Shown: positions 10,826-21,258 of the stretch, one piece after another
How positions within the stretch are numbered: the stretch's first letter is position 1
Layout: every line of letters starts with the position of its first letter
NCBI GenBank assembly: GCA_963718155.1
Contig: CAVQYP010000004.1
Location: forward strand, 373,943 to 437,942
Reading direction: 5' to 3'
Origin: Terriglobia bacterium
GTDB lineage: Bacteria > Acidobacteriota > Terriglobia > Bryobacterales > Bryobacteraceae
DNA: 64,000 nucleotides
Notes under the pieces: model-generated
What the model was told of the DNA's origin: nothing
The model's database searches: none
Seen by the model: only the letters and a program-made list of their open reading frames with translations
Program-made: the position numbers and the translations under genes

Positions 10826-12032
10826 CTATTGCAGGATGACTTGCTGGCCTTCCGTCAGGCCTTTGAGCGATTTCGGTTTTGGCGCCGTTGCTGATGCCCG
10901 TGGTGATGGCGACCTTGCGGAAGCCCTTCTCGTTGGTGGGATCGGGAATCTGGACCGCGGTCGATTTGTCCTTGTTATAGGTAACCGCGCCTTCGGGGAT
11001 CGCCAGCACTCCTTTGTGCTCGTCCAGAATGATCTCGGCGTTGGCCGTCATCTGAGCTTTGAGGATGTGCTTTTCGTTCGAGATCGAGACACGCACTTCG
11101 AACGTGGTGACGTTGTCTTTTTCCGCGCCCATCGGCGAATTCTTGGTCACACGCCCCGGAAACTTCTGCTCCTTGAACGATTCGACCGTGATGCGCGCCG
11201 GCTGCCCGAGATAGACCTTGCCGATATCGCTCTCATCGACCTTGCCTTTGATGTAGACCTCGTTCAGATCGCCCACTGTCATGATGAGGGTGGCGCTCGA
11301 ACCCAGCAGCAGAATCGAACTCACCGCGTCTCCCACTTCGCTGTCGCGCGACAGACACGACGCCATCGATGGGCGAGACGATCGTCGCGTTGCGCAGATT
11401 TTCTTCCGCGATGGAAACGGTGGCCTGCTGTTGTTCGAGAGCGTGCCTGAGCTTTGGCGATGGCGGCCGCCGCGCTCGACAGATTCGCCTTCGCCGATTC
11501 CTGTTTCTGCACGGCCAGGTCGATAGTTTTTCTCCGCGTCGTCGCGCGCGTTCTGCGCGATCAGACCATCGGTGAACATCTTCGCGCCGCGCTCCATGTC
11601 GCGTTTCAGGAATGGCACGTCCGGGCCCGGTGGCATCCACCTTATAGCGTTGGTAATCGGCCTGCGCGCTGCGCAAGAGCGGCCTGCGCGACATGCAGCG
11701 CGGCCTCCTGCTGATGCAGCGCGGGAATCAGATCGTTCTGATCGAGTTCGCAGATCACGTCGCCCTTGTGAACGAAGTCGCCGACGTTCACCGGCAGCTT
11801 CAGGATGATCCCGCTGGCCTTGGCTTTGATCTCAACCTGGGTGACCGGCTGAACTTTTCCGGTCGCGACGACGGATCGCGCAAGATCCATGCGCTCGACC
11901 TTCGCCAGTCTTTTCCGGATCGATTTTGGCGGGTTTGCTGCCGATCGCTTTGAGCGAGACAACGGCAGCGCTCGCCAGCACGACGATCGTCAGGGTGACC
12001 CAGATCAGACGTTTTCGTTTTTTTGCGGCCAT
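10826..12032 (-). pseudogene. HlyD/MacA-family efflux periplasmic adaptor, at least 7 frame breaks
   Basis: MAAKKRKRLIWVTLTIVVLASAAV (TM anchor), GKVQPVTQVEIKAKASGIILKLPV (lipoyl-like), coiled-coil segments in three frames, then IVSPIDGVV and LGQPARITVESF. The reconstructed end ..GLTEGQQVILQ stops at 10826. Confidence 0.7.
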
Positions 12033-12041
12033 GCTTTGGAC

Positions 12042-13048
12042 TCAGAGGTTATACGTGAGCAACGGTGAAAAAGTTCGCATGAAACGATCATGCGAAGCGC
12101 GAAAAGTACCCACCAGTTCACGGGCGCGGCGCACGCCCAGCTCCGGCAGTAATTTGCTTAGTTCTATCGCGATTTTCACCGGCGCGGAGGGGTTCCAGAA
12201 CGTTGCCGTTCCCACCTCGACGAGTGAAGCGCCCGCGATCATGAATTCCGCCGCATCTTCACCGCTGGCGATTCCGCCGAGGCCGATTACCGGGATCTTC
12301 ACGACGCTCGCCGCCTGATGCACCATCCGCAGGGCGATCGGCTTGATCGCCGGGACCCGAGAGGCCGCCGTAGCCCGCCCCGATGCGCGGCTGTCTCGTC
12401 TTTGCATCGATCGCCAGTGAGATGAAGGTGTTGATGAGCGAAATGGCGTCGGCTCCGCTTTGTTCGCAGATGCGGGCGAACGGCTCGATGGCGGCCACGT
12501 TCGGCGAGAGTTTCACGATTACGAGGCCTTTGCGCCGCGGATTTGACTCCGGAAATGAGGTCCGCAAGGGCCTATTCGTCCACTCCGAAGGCGAGGCCGC
12601 CGTGTTTCGTGTTGGGGCAGGAGACGTTCAGTTCGTAAGCGGCGATGCCTTCGGCATCGTTGAGGGCGTGTACGACTTCGAGGTAATCTTCGGGGGCGTA
12701 ACCGAAGACGTTTGCGATTACGGGTGTGGAATAGCGGCGCAGCGCGGGCAGTTTGTTCGCGATGAACTCGCGTACCCCGACGTTCTGCAGGCCGACCGAG
12801 TTGATCATGCCGGCGCGCGCCTCCCACAGGCGTGGGGCGGGGTTGCCCGCGGATGGGTTCGCGGGAGAGGCCTTTCACGACGATGCCGCCCAGTTGATTC
12901 AGATCGACGAGACTTTCGAATTCGACGCCGTAGCCGAACGTGCCGGATGCGGCGAGCACGGGGTTGCGGAAGTGAATGCCGCAGACGTCATCTCGAGAGA
13001 GGTTGTTTCGGGACCGAGCGTTTCGGGAGTGGCCGCCGGATTCTTCAT
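12042..13048 (-). pseudogene. pyrD: Dihydroorotate dehydrogenase (class 1-like), frame broken at least 4 times
   Basis: [45 protein letters not shown] and IPVIGLGGIASGEDAAEFMIAGASLVEVGTA occur in order but in different frames. Confidence 0.7.
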
Positions 13049-13152
13049 CGGGAAGCGAGTCCTGACAATGCAAACAGCATTTGGAGTGGAGTTTAGCAGA
13101 GCCCTTCAGGTGGTAGACTATTCGGTTTAGTACCTGGTACCGTATATTTAGG

Positions 13153-13482
13153 TTGTCAAAAACTGAGTTTATGGGGGCGGTGACGAATAACGAGGGAATT
13201 CTTGGCGTGAGGAACTGGCGGCAGCAAAGAGGCATCAGCCTGGAGGCCATCGCTGCATCGACCAAACTCAGCGTGCGACAGCTTGAAGCAATTGAGTCCG
13301 GCGATTTCAGCCGATTGCCTGGAGGTATCTACAATACCAGTTATATCCGGCAGTATGCGCGCGCCATCCAGTTTGAAGAGGCCGATTTGCTGGATTTCTA
13401 TCGCGACTCGTGCAAGAGTGCGAACACTCAACCCAACGGAAATCGCGGTCCGCAGATTTCCGGGGCTTTGTTTCAGATTTAG
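13153..13482 (+). CDS. Helix-turn-helix protein (RodZ N-terminal-like / Xre-type)
   Basis: [47 protein letters not shown] resembles the RodZ-type HTH. The start is uncertain (TTG at 13153 or ATG at 13171). Confidence 0.55.
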   Translation: MSKTEFMGAVTNNEGILGVRNWRQQRGISLEAIAASTKLSVRQLEAIESGDFSRLPGGIYNTSYIRQYARAIQFEEADLLDFYRDSCKSANTQPNGNRGPQISGALFQI

Positions 13483-13587
13483 ACCAGACACTCCCTCCCG
13501 GTCGTGGCTCGGTGAGTATCTGCAATCGTGCGGATACGCCTACGCCAGTGCTGCCACAAAGGCGAATCTGGCCGCAGATCAACGCCG

Positions 13588-14454
13588 CTAAGACAGATTC
13601 GCGGCCAAATATTCGTCTACCGCTCGCGCCAGGTCTGGCATAGGTTCGATATCAGACAGCCTCATTCTCGCGTTCTCCAGGGCCGAGTATGGCGGCCTGG
13701 CCGCAGCCGTGCGGTATTCGGCGGCGTTTGTCGGGCTGAGATTCGCTTTGACGCCGGACTTCTCGAAGATCATTCGGGCGAACTCGAACCATGAGATGGG
13801 CTGGCCGCCTCCGATGTGGAAGACGCCTTCGAGATCTCGTTCGAGCAGATCGATTGCGCGGCTTGCCAGCGCGGGTGCGTAAGTGGGGGATGCCGTGTAG
13901 TCCTCAACCACGCGGATCGGCTTTCCTTCGCGCGCAAGACGCAGCATGAGTTCGATGAAATTACCGCGGGCCGTGCGCCGTCCGGCCGGGCCGAAAACTC
14001 CCGAGGTGCGCACGATGATCGGCCGATCGGGATAGGCCTGGCAGTAGAGCTCGCCCGCAAGTTTAGAGACGGCGTAGGCGCCGAGCGGGTGCGTGGCGTC
14101 GGTTTCGACGTAGGGCCTGCCGAGGGCGCCGTCGAAGACGTAGTCGGTTGAGAAATGAATCAGGCGGGCACCGAGTTGCTTGCACCCGACGGCAAGGTTG
14201 CGCACTCCGAGCGCGTTTGCCTGGAAGGCCGCTAAAGGTTCCCGCTCCGCGAGATCTACCTGGTTATATGCCGCCGCGTTGAAGACCGCGAATGGCTTGA
14301 AATCGGCCAGGGCTTCGTCTACCTTCGTTTGATCGCAGATATCGAGCGCGGCACGCTCGAAGGCGCGCACTTCGTAGCCGCGCCTTGCCAGTTCGGCGGA
14401 AAGCTCTACGCCCAGTTGTCCGAGAGAACCGAAAACGGCGACCTTTTGGGGCAA
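13588..14454 (-). CDS. rfbD: dTDP-4-dehydrorhamnose reductase
   Basis: Intact 288 aa. N-terminal Rossmann motif VFGSLGQLG, STDYVFDG and Y..SK motifs, full-length RmlD pattern. Confidence 0.85.
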   Translation of the reverse strand: MPQKVAVFGSLGQLGVELSAELARRGYEVRAFERAALDICDQTKVDEALADFKPFAVFNAAAYNQVDLAEREPLAAFQANALGVRNLAVGCKQLGARLIHFSTDYVFDGALGRPYVETDATHPLGAYAVSKLAGELYCQAYPDRPIIVRTSGVFGPAGRRTARGNFIELMLRLAREGKPIRVVEDYTASPTYAPALASRAIDLLERDLEGVFHIGGGQPISWFEFARMIFEKSGVKANLSPTNAAEYRTAAARPPYSALENARMRLSDIEPMPDLARAVDEYLAANLS

Positions 14455-14460
14455 TCGCTT

Positions 14461-14898
14461 TTACCAGTGGAGTTCGAAAAACAGCGCGAAGATCACGGCG
14501 AGAACGAGGACCAGAGCCATGCCCGACCAGGCCAGCCAGGGGACGCGATGAGCAGGCACCGGAACCTCTTCGACTTCCGCTTCGACCGTCGTCGGCAGGG
14601 GATCGTGCCCAGTGTTGGCTTCGCGGCGGGCCAGCACCTGTGTGATCTGTTCCTTGCCCGCGCGATCAGCGATCACGATCGTTCCCGAATTGTGGCTCGT
14701 GGTGGTCTCAAGCAATTGCTTGCGAAGCGGTTCGGGAACGTCCTGCACGGAGCGGTAAAAGCCGCGCTCGCCGCCCGCGGAAATCATGACAACGGAAGTC
14801 TTCATTACGCCGGAAACGTTGCGCAGCAAACTGACTCCGCACTCCGGGCAAATGCCCGCGTGGCCGTTGAATTCGGAATGGCACTTCGGACAGGTCAT
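14461..14898 (-). CDS. Zinc-ribbon protein with C-terminal transmembrane helix
   Basis: MTCPKCHSEF..GICPECG (CxxC..CxxC). The C-terminal segment WLAWSGMALVLVLAVIFALFF is hydrophobic. Confidence 0.55.
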   Translation of the reverse strand: MTCPKCHSEFNGHAGICPECGVSLLRNVSGVMKTSVVMISAGGERGFYRSVQDVPEPLRKQLLETTTSHNSGTIVIADRAGKEQITQVLARREANTGHDPLPTTVEAEVEEVPVPAHRVPWLAWSGMALVLVLAVIFALFFELHW

Positions 14899-14915
14899 GC
14901 TGTGTGCCCGTTACA

Positions 14916-15848
14916 TCATCCGTTGACGGCAAGCGGCAGACGCTGCTCGCGCACTGTGGGGTTCTGCGCGCCGAACTGGCCAAGAATTACCTGAATGAAG
15001 CCCAGAGCGGCCTTGGGAAGCGCCTTGTCTTTGCGATAGATCAGCCCCAGCTTTCGCAGCATGGGCTCCGGCGCGAGCGGGATGCTTGCGAGGGTGCCCG
15101 CCTTCACTTCTTCGACGCAATTGGAGGCGGCCAGGAAACTGATTCCGAGGCCCGCCATCGCGAAGCGCTTCATGGTTTCCGAAGAATCGAGTTCCATGGA
15201 AACCCGGAGTTCGTCTTCCACGCTTTCGAACCAGGTATTCAGACGGCTTCGGGTCATTCCGGTCTGCGGAAGAAGAAGAGGGTAAGCGACCACGTCCTCG
15301 CATCGAACTTTTTCCATTCTCGCAAGAGGGTGATCGGCGGGCACGATCGCGCGAACCTCATCGCGATAAATGTCCACAACCTGAACGCGTTTTTCGAGGA
15401 CGGGAAGCTGCGTCAGTCCGAAATCCGCTACGTTTTCCATGACCGCTTCGACTACGCGCGATCCGTAAGAGCGGTTTACCTGCAGCTGAACGCCGGGGAA
15501 CTGAATTTTGTATTCAGCGAAGACCTTCGGCAGAACGTAAATGCAGGTTGCTTCGTTGGCGGCGATCACAAGTTCGCCGCGCGGTGAAGTCTCGAGCTCG
15601 TTGAGGGAATTCTGCGCCTGGCGGCGGATGTCGAGCAACTGCTCGGCGTATTCCGCGAAGATCCTCCCGGCCGTCGTCAGAGAAATGCGGCTGCCAAACC
15701 TCTCAAAAAGTTCGGCTTTCAGTTCATGTTCGAGCTGGCGAATTTGAGCGCTGATGGCGGGCTGAGTTCGATAGCACGTCTGAGCTGCCTTGGAGAAGCT
15801 CTTCAATCGAACGATTTCCAGAAAGGTATGGAGCTGATCAAAATCCAT
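14916..15848 (-). CDS. LysR-family transcriptional regulator
   Basis: The N-terminal HTH (FLEIVRLKSFSKAAQTCYRTQPAISAQIRQLEHEL) and a LysR substrate-binding domain fit the 310-aa length. Confidence 0.85.
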   Translation of the reverse strand: MDFDQLHTFLEIVRLKSFSKAAQTCYRTQPAISAQIRQLEHELKAELFERFGSRISLTTAGRIFAEYAEQLLDIRRQAQNSLNELETSPRGELVIAANEATCIYVLPKVFAEYKIQFPGVQLQVNRSYGSRVVEAVMENVADFGLTQLPVLEKRVQVVDIYRDEVRAIVPADHPLARMEKVRCEDVVAYPLLLPQTGMTRSRLNTWFESVEDELRVSMELDSSETMKRFAMAGLGISFLAASNCVEEVKAGTLASIPLAPEPMLRKLGLIYRKDKALPKAALGFIQVILGQFGAQNPTVREQRLPLAVNG

Positions 15849-15988
15849 TCAGTGCCATCTTTAGCCGGCGGGGAACGATGTCAAGACGTGGACTCCGATG
15901 TGAATTGACTGCCATTTTACCATCGACTGTAGATGGTATCAGGCTCCCCTCATTTTTCCGAATTTCAAAAGACGTCGTAAAGTGAAGT

Positions 15989-17077
15989 TTGACTGCGAGA
16001 ATTCTGGTTTTCGCGCTGCTCGGCGTGGCTCTGCTCGCCCAGACGGCCGATCAGGTGCTGATCGTGGTCAACCGGCAATCGCGCGATTCGCGGGAAATCG
16101 GCGAATATTATTTGAAAAAGCGCGGCGTTCCGCTTGCAAACCTGTGCGAGATCGATACCGCGCCGGTTGAGCAGATCACGCGGGAAGTTTACGACCGCGA
16201 AGTAAAGGCCCGTGTCGCCGGATTTCTCAAACAAAGGGGTCTCACCGAAAACATTCTTTACATGGTTACGACCGCGGGTGTTCCGCTCAAGGTGAGCGGC
16301 GATGGGGCCGGAGTGCGGAACACGGAGGCCTCCGTGGATTCCGAACTCACCCTGCTCTATGCGCAACTGCACGGCGCACCGCTCTCGTTACCTGGCGCCG
16401 GGGTTAATCCGTTCTTCGGGCGGCGCGACGTGCGGTTCGAACATCCGCGGTTTGCGATGTATCTTGTAACGCGCCTCGCCGCGTACGACATGGCCGGTAT
16501 GAAGGGGCTCGTGGATCGGGCGCTGCTGGCGCGAAATACCGGCAAGTTTGTGATTGACGCGCGAGCAGACAACAGCACACCGGGTAACCAGTGGCTGCGG
16601 GAGGCGGCGCGGCTTTTGCCGAAGGATCGCCTGGTTCTGGACGACTCCCCGGCTGTCGTGACGGACCAGAAAGATGTGATCGGGTATGCTTCGTGGGGAT
16701 CGAACGACCCGGACCGCACGCGACGGTTCCTGCATTTTCAATGGCTGCCGGGCGCGATTGCGACGGAGTTTGTATCGACCGACGGGCGCACCTTCAAGCG
16801 TCCCCCCGATGCATGGCGGCTGGGCACGTGGAAGGACCCTTCGACGTGGTTTGAAGGCGGCCCACAAACGCTGGCCGCGGAGTACATATATGAAGGCGCC
16901 ACGGGAGTGTCAGGGCAGGTGAACGAACCCTATCTGAGTTTCTGTCCGCGCCCCGATTATGTGCTGCCGGCTTATTTTGCGGGCCGAAATCTGGCGGAAA
17001 GTTACTATTTGGGAATTCCGGGACTCAGCTGGATGAATATCGTGATCGGCGACCCGCTTACTCCTCTGCGGCCGTGA
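15989..17077 (+). CDS. TIGR03790-like conserved secreted protein
   Basis: Signal peptide followed by VLIVVNRQSRDSREIGEYYLKKRGVP..ASVDSELTLLY, the pattern I associate with TIGR03790. TTG start. Confidence 0.65.
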   Translation: MTARILVFALLGVALLAQTADQVLIVVNRQSRDSREIGEYYLKKRGVPLANLCEIDTAPVEQITREVYDREVKARVAGFLKQRGLTENILYMVTTAGVPLKVSGDGAGVRNTEASVDSELTLLYAQLHGAPLSLPGAGVNPFFGRRDVRFEHPRFAMYLVTRLAAYDMAGMKGLVDRALLARNTGKFVIDARADNSTPGNQWLREAARLLPKDRLVLDDSPAVVTDQKDVIGYASWGSNDPDRTRRFLHFQWLPGAIATEFVSTDGRTFKRPPDAWRLGTWKDPSTWFEGGPQTLAAEYIYEGATGVSGQVNEPYLSFCPRPDYVLPAYFAGRNLAESYYLGIPGLSWMNIVIGDPLTPLRP

Positions 17078-17704
17078 TTATTTCGCGTCCTGAATGGTGA
17101 GTTCTTCGGCGGGTCCGCCAGCCATCATCTTCGCCGAATCGTAGAAACCGGCGGTCGTCAGGTGAATCTGCACTTCTTTTTTGCCTTTGTTTACCCAAAA
17201 CCAGCCGTGAATGCCCGTGGTCGGGGCGGTGAAGGAGCCGTAGGCGTGATCCTGTCCGATCTTGTCGTCGAGTTGATAGCTTTCGAAGTAATCGGGACGG
17301 GGTTTCTTGTCGGGTTCCCCGTGGAATTCGAATTGAACTTTGCCGTCGGCCTTCCACGAATAAACCATTCCAGCGCCCTTCTGCATGTGGTATTTGATCT
17401 CGACACCCTCGCCTGGCCCGAGTGCGAGGTCTTCGCTGTCGGTTTTATAAATCGCCGGCTGTGCGGTGTAGATCCCGCTTTGGGCAGGAGTTGCGCGGCC
17501 TCCGGAATTCGCGGGCTCGGCGGCTTTGGAGAGATCGGTGAGACCGAGGAGGCGGCCCGTTTTCAGGGGGTCGATTCCATACTCGGCCGGCAGCACGGCG
17601 ACCAGCAGAATCACTGCCGCCGCGGCGAGCGCGATGGCAGAAGCCTTCAGAATTACTTTTCTCGACGGGACGAGAACGGCGGGTATTGTGTCCTGGTCAA
17701 CCAT
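17078..17704 (-). CDS. Membrane-anchored hypothetical protein, in an operon with the HupE/UreJ gene
   Basis: 208 aa with one N-terminal TM helix (ASAIALAAAAVILLVAVLPA). Starts 13 nt downstream of the HupE-like gene. Confidence 0.6.
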   Translation of the reverse strand: MVDQDTIPAVLVPSRKVILKASAIALAAAAVILLVAVLPAEYGIDPLKTGRLLGLTDLSKAAEPANSGGRATPAQSGIYTAQPAIYKTDSEDLALGPGEGVEIKYHMQKGAGMVYSWKADGKVQFEFHGEPDKKPRPDYFESYQLDDKIGQDHAYGSFTAPTTGIHGWFWVNKGKKEVQIHLTTAGFYDSAKMMAGGPAEELTIQDAK

Positions 17705-17716
17705 GATTTGTCTCCG

Positions 17717-18421
17717 TTACGAAGCAACCAGATATCCGGTTACCTGATATCCGACGAGCACGAAGCCAACGACCATCAGGGCGGTGTTGGTGGCGAAGGC
17801 GTAGTGGCGGAAACCGCTGTGGCTCCGCCAGAAGCTCAGAAGAATTACGATCGCCGTGAGCGCGAGCACCTGTCCGATCTCGACGCCGATGTTAAAGCTG
17901 ATTATGTTTGTAATCAGACCGTTTTTTGAGAGGTCCAGTTCCTGAAGCTTCGTCGCCAGACCGAAGCCGTGGAACAGACCGAAGATCAGAACGGCAATTT
18001 TCGTGTTGGGTTCGAAGCCGAAAAGGCGCTGAAATCCGCCCATGTTGTCGAATGCTTTGTAGACCACCGAGAAGCCAATGATGGCGTCGATAAGATACGC
18101 GTTCGCGTGAATATTGCCGAATACCCCGGCGAGCAGGGTAACGCTGTGGCCTATGGTGAACAGGCTGACATACAGTACGACATCCTTGAGCTTGTAGAGG
18201 AAGAAGACCACACCGACGAGGAAGGCCAGATGATCGTATCCGGTCACCATGTGTTTCGCTCCGAGGTACATGAAGGCGGGTATCGCAGTGCCTTTGTTCG
18301 ATTGCACGAAGCTTGCATCGCGCTTCGAAACGTTGTGGGCGCTTGCCGAAATCGGGAACATCAGCCCGAAGACGATCAGAAGGATGGCGACTATAGCCGC
18401 GGAACGTCGGAACTCGGTCAT
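17717..18421 (-). CDS. HupE/UreJ-family membrane protein (putative Ni/Co transporter accessory protein)
   Basis: The start at 18421 gives MTEFRRSAAIVAILL. Contains HMVTGYDHLAFLVGV and FTIGHSVTLL plus multiple TM helices. Confidence 0.75.
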   Translation of the reverse strand: MTEFRRSAAIVAILLIVFGLMFPISASAHNVSKRDASFVQSNKGTAIPAFMYLGAKHMVTGYDHLAFLVGVVFFLYKLKDVVLYVSLFTIGHSVTLLAGVFGNIHANAYLIDAIIGFSVVYKAFDNMGGFQRLFGFEPNTKIAVLIFGLFHGFGLATKLQELDLSKNGLITNIISFNIGVEIGQVLALTAIVILLSFWRSHSGFRHYAFATNTALMVVGFVLVGYQVTGYLVAS

Positions 18422-18572
18422 AATTGGTTGCCAGACAAAGCGTATCACCGCTCGGAAGGGGCATCCAGGCACGAGCGGTCACGTGCGCGTCAGTGACGCG
18501 CGTATCTGGTTGATTTCATTGGCAAGTGCGAGAATCGGTTGGTTGCGGGAGAATCTTCGGGCGAGAGTGCGT

Positions 18573-18986
18573 CTAAACAATCTCGATTCCTTCGGCGCGT
18601 GCTGCTCGTTCCAGGGAGCCATCCACTGTCGCGAGCGCGATGCGGTTCCGCATCGCCAGTTCAAGATACGCCGCATCATACGCGGTCAATCCATGGTTGC
18701 GGCTGAGAAGGTGAGTCAAGTGAAACACGGTTCGGGAGTCAGGTGCATCGACGTCAACCGGCAACCGTTCCAAATCTGCCAGAAATGTCTGAGTTAATTC
18801 GTTTGTCAGGCGTTTGCGCTTTTCGCCCATGAGGAGAGCGTTCAGCACTTCGTGACGCCAGAAAGAGGTGACGGCCGGTTTATCGCCCAACGCAATTCTC
18901 TCGGAAATCTCTTCCGCTTTGCGGGCTTCCTCATCAGGAAAACACCATGTCAGTACGACGGAAGCGTCAAGGACGAAGCGCGTCAC
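18573..18986 (-). CDS. vapC: PIN-domain toxin (VapC-like)
   Basis: 137 aa. Begins MTRFVLDASVVLTW, with acidic residues spaced as in PIN domains. Overlaps the upstream small antitoxin gene by 4 nt. Confidence 0.8.
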   Translation of the reverse strand: MTRFVLDASVVLTWCFPDEEARKAEEISERIALGDKPAVTSFWRHEVLNALLMGEKRKRLTNELTQTFLADLERLPVDVDAPDSRTVFHLTHLLSRNHGLTAYDAAYLELAMRNRIALATVDGSLERAARAEGIEIV

Positions 18987-19222
18987 CGCCTGCTCTCGTC
19001 GAGCAACTGCCTGATCGTCATGCCACCCAGGGACACGCCGTGGCGTTTACCGAAACTTCCCAACCGACGCGCCGCTTCGGCGACGGATGAATCCGACGAG
19101 CCGCCGTCGCCGTGAATCCGTTCCAAGAGAACCTGTTCAGCGAAAGTCTCCAGCGGAAGCCCGCCCGCCTTTGCTTTCAGCGCCGGCAGCGCATCGTCAG
19201 GGATATGTAGAGTCAGGTTCAT
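18983..19222 (-). CDS. Type II antitoxin (VapB-like)
   Basis: 79-aa ORF whose stop overlaps the vapC start, the classic TA arrangement. Confidence 0.65.
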   Translation of the reverse strand: MNLTLHIPDDALPALKAKAGGLPLETFAEQVLLERIHGDGGSSDSSVAEAARRLGSFGKRHGVSLGGMTIRQLLDESRR

Positions 19223-19355
19223 AGCCTTGCCTTTTTCAGGTTAACTCGTCATTGATCGGCTACGCGATTTTCGGAACGGTCAGGAGGCGACGGAGCATCC
19301 GAGCGAGTACCTCGCGCTATGTCAAACAGACCGGGATGTTACGCAGGATTGTCAC

Positions 19356-20168
19356 TTAATTCAGCGCGTCGACTGCGGCTTTCATGTCCCGAAGCATTTT
19401 ATCGACGGCATCGTGCGTGCGTTTGGTGCCCCACCACCCGAAGCCGGTCGGGACGGGTCGGGAAAGTGTCATGCTGTCCAGTTCGACGTCGACGCCGCCG
19501 TCGCGCTCGCGCACGAACCAGAAGGTGTTTGTGCGCCACAGAAATCCGTGGTCTTCGCCCTCGGGATAGTAGCCCCGGCTCACATCCTTCGGGTCAAGCC
19601 ACTCGCGAATACTCGTCGCGCTCGATGCCGACTGCCACCGGTGCGGATCGAGAAGCCGGTAATGTGTATCGTAGGTGCAGTCATAGGCCACCCCAATCCA
19701 GAGCGTAGATTGAGTCAGCGAGATGTGGGAAGTGTAATGCTCGTCCGCCGGTGTACTGTCGGGGTTTCGCACGGCGCTCCCTTTGAGAACCTCCGGCTTG
19801 AAGTACTTCGGATAGTTGGGATAATCCCGCATGATCCTGCTGACCTTCTCGATCGTTCCGCCTGATACGTACATCGCGCCGGAAAAATGGTGAATGCTGC
19901 CGCCCGTGATGTCTCGGTTCTCGCGGGGTTCGACGACCGGCTTACCAGCTGCGAAAGTGCCATTGCGGACGCAACAGGATGCCGTGTCAATCCACATCTT
20001 TCCCGACTCTGCGTAAGGCGTGGCGACATCGCGTTCGAATTGCGATACGTAGTTCTGGAAAGCCTGAAGGGCAGCAGGATCCAGATGAAAGACAGGAATT
20101 ACAGAGGCGTGCAACGCGGCACAGCATACGGCGGACCCCAGGCACGCCGCCGCCAGAGGAAATCTCAT
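19356..20168 (-). CDS. Secreted hypothetical protein
   Basis: 270 aa with signal peptide MRFPLAAACLGSAVCCAALHA. I cannot name a domain. Confidence 0.55.
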   Translation of the reverse strand: MRFPLAAACLGSAVCCAALHASVIPVFHLDPAALQAFQNYVSQFERDVATPYAESGKMWIDTASCCVRNGTFAAGKPVVEPRENRDITGGSIHHFSGAMYVSGGTIEKVSRIMRDYPNYPKYFKPEVLKGSAVRNPDSTPADEHYTSHISLTQSTLWIGVAYDCTYDTHYRLLDPHRWQSASSATSIREWLDPKDVSRGYYPEGEDHGFLWRTNTFWFVRERDGGVDVELDSMTLSRPVPTGFGWWGTKRTHDAVDKMLRDMKAAVDALN

Positions 20169-20217
20169 TCCTTCTAACTATAACTGTCGCATGTGCGCGG
20201 ACTGCCGGATTCGTCGC

Positions 20218-20826
20218 TCACCGGGGGCGGATCAGAGAGAGAAATTCGTCCCGCGTTTCCTTGTTTTTGCGGAACGCGCCCAGCATGGCGCTGGTTACGG
20301 TGCCCGAATGCTGCTTTTCCACGCCCCGCATCATCATGCAGAAGTGCTGCGCTTCGGCAATCACGCCCACGCCGAGCGGATCGAGCAGGTCCTGAATGCA
20401 CTGCGCGACCTCCTGAGTGAGGCGCTCCTGAATCTGCAGGCGACGCGCGTAGACGTCCACAATTCGCGGCATTTTGCTGAGGCCGATCACCTTGTTGCGG
20501 GCGAGATACGCCACGTGCATTTTGCCGTAGAACGGCAGCATGTGGTGCTCGCACATGCTGAAGAACTCGATGTCTTTCACGATCACCATTTCGTCGTATT
20601 TCACTTCGTAGATGGCGCCGTTTACGATCTTGCCAATGTCCGCCGTGTAGCCGCTGGTCAGAAAGCGGAGCGCCTTCTCGACCCGCTCAGGGGTCCGCAC
20701 CAGGCCCTCGCGGCGGGGATCTTCGCCGATCGACTCAATCACCTGCTCGATCAGAGGCGCGATTGGCTTCCCCGGCGTGGGGGAAATGAGTTTGACGACT
20801 GCCGACTTCTTATTCATATACACCAT
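20218..20826 (-). CDS. folE: GTP cyclohydrolase I
   Basis: [34 protein letters not shown] and the HFCMMMRGV motif are all present. Confidence 0.9.
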   Translation of the reverse strand: MVYMNKKSAVVKLISPTPGKPIAPLIEQVIESIGEDPRREGLVRTPERVEKALRFLTSGYTADIGKIVNGAIYEVKYDEMVIVKDIEFFSMCEHHMLPFYGKMHVAYLARNKVIGLSKMPRIVDVYARRLQIQERLTQEVAQCIQDLLDPLGVGVIAEAQHFCMMMRGVEKQHSGTVTSAMLGAFRKNKETRDEFLSLIRPR

Positions 20827-21258
20827 TCATACAAGTCGCGTAATTTCACAGATGTTTCGCTCCGTCTCGCGGATGCGGACCGTATCGAGGCTTGGTTTGC
20901 CGTCCGGGAAGACCTCCGGCCATCCCTCCCGCAGTCGTCGTTCCACTTCGAGGGTAAGATTCTCGGTTGTGGGAACGGCGCTCCGAAAGGCCGCTACCTC
21001 CTCGTTCAGGTTACGAAGACGGAGAGGGGCGATAACCCGTTGTTCGGCCAATCCATCGAGAGCCGGGATGTCCACCACGCGCCCCGTTTTCGGGTCCACC
21101 TCCCCGCGAACGGTTACTTCGACCTCGTAATTATGCCCATGCCCCCACGGATTATTGCATTTTCCATAGACTTCGCGGTTTTCCTCATCGCTCAGGGTGG
21201 GCGAATGCAGGCGGTGCGACGCCGAAAACGCGTACCTGCGAGTAAGCCTGACAATCAT
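20827..21258 (-). CDS. 6-pyruvoyl-tetrahydropterin / 6-carboxytetrahydropterin synthase family protein
   Basis: FSASHRL..CNNPWGHGHNYEVEV..VVD motif set. 143 aa. Abuts folE with no gap. Confidence 0.85.
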   Translation of the reverse strand: MIVRLTRRYAFSASHRLHSPTLSDEENREVYGKCNNPWGHGHNYEVEVTVRGEVDPKTGRVVDIPALDGLAEQRVIAPLRLRNLNEEVAAFRSAVPTTENLTLEVERRLREGWPEVFPDGKPSLDTVRIRETERNICEITRLV

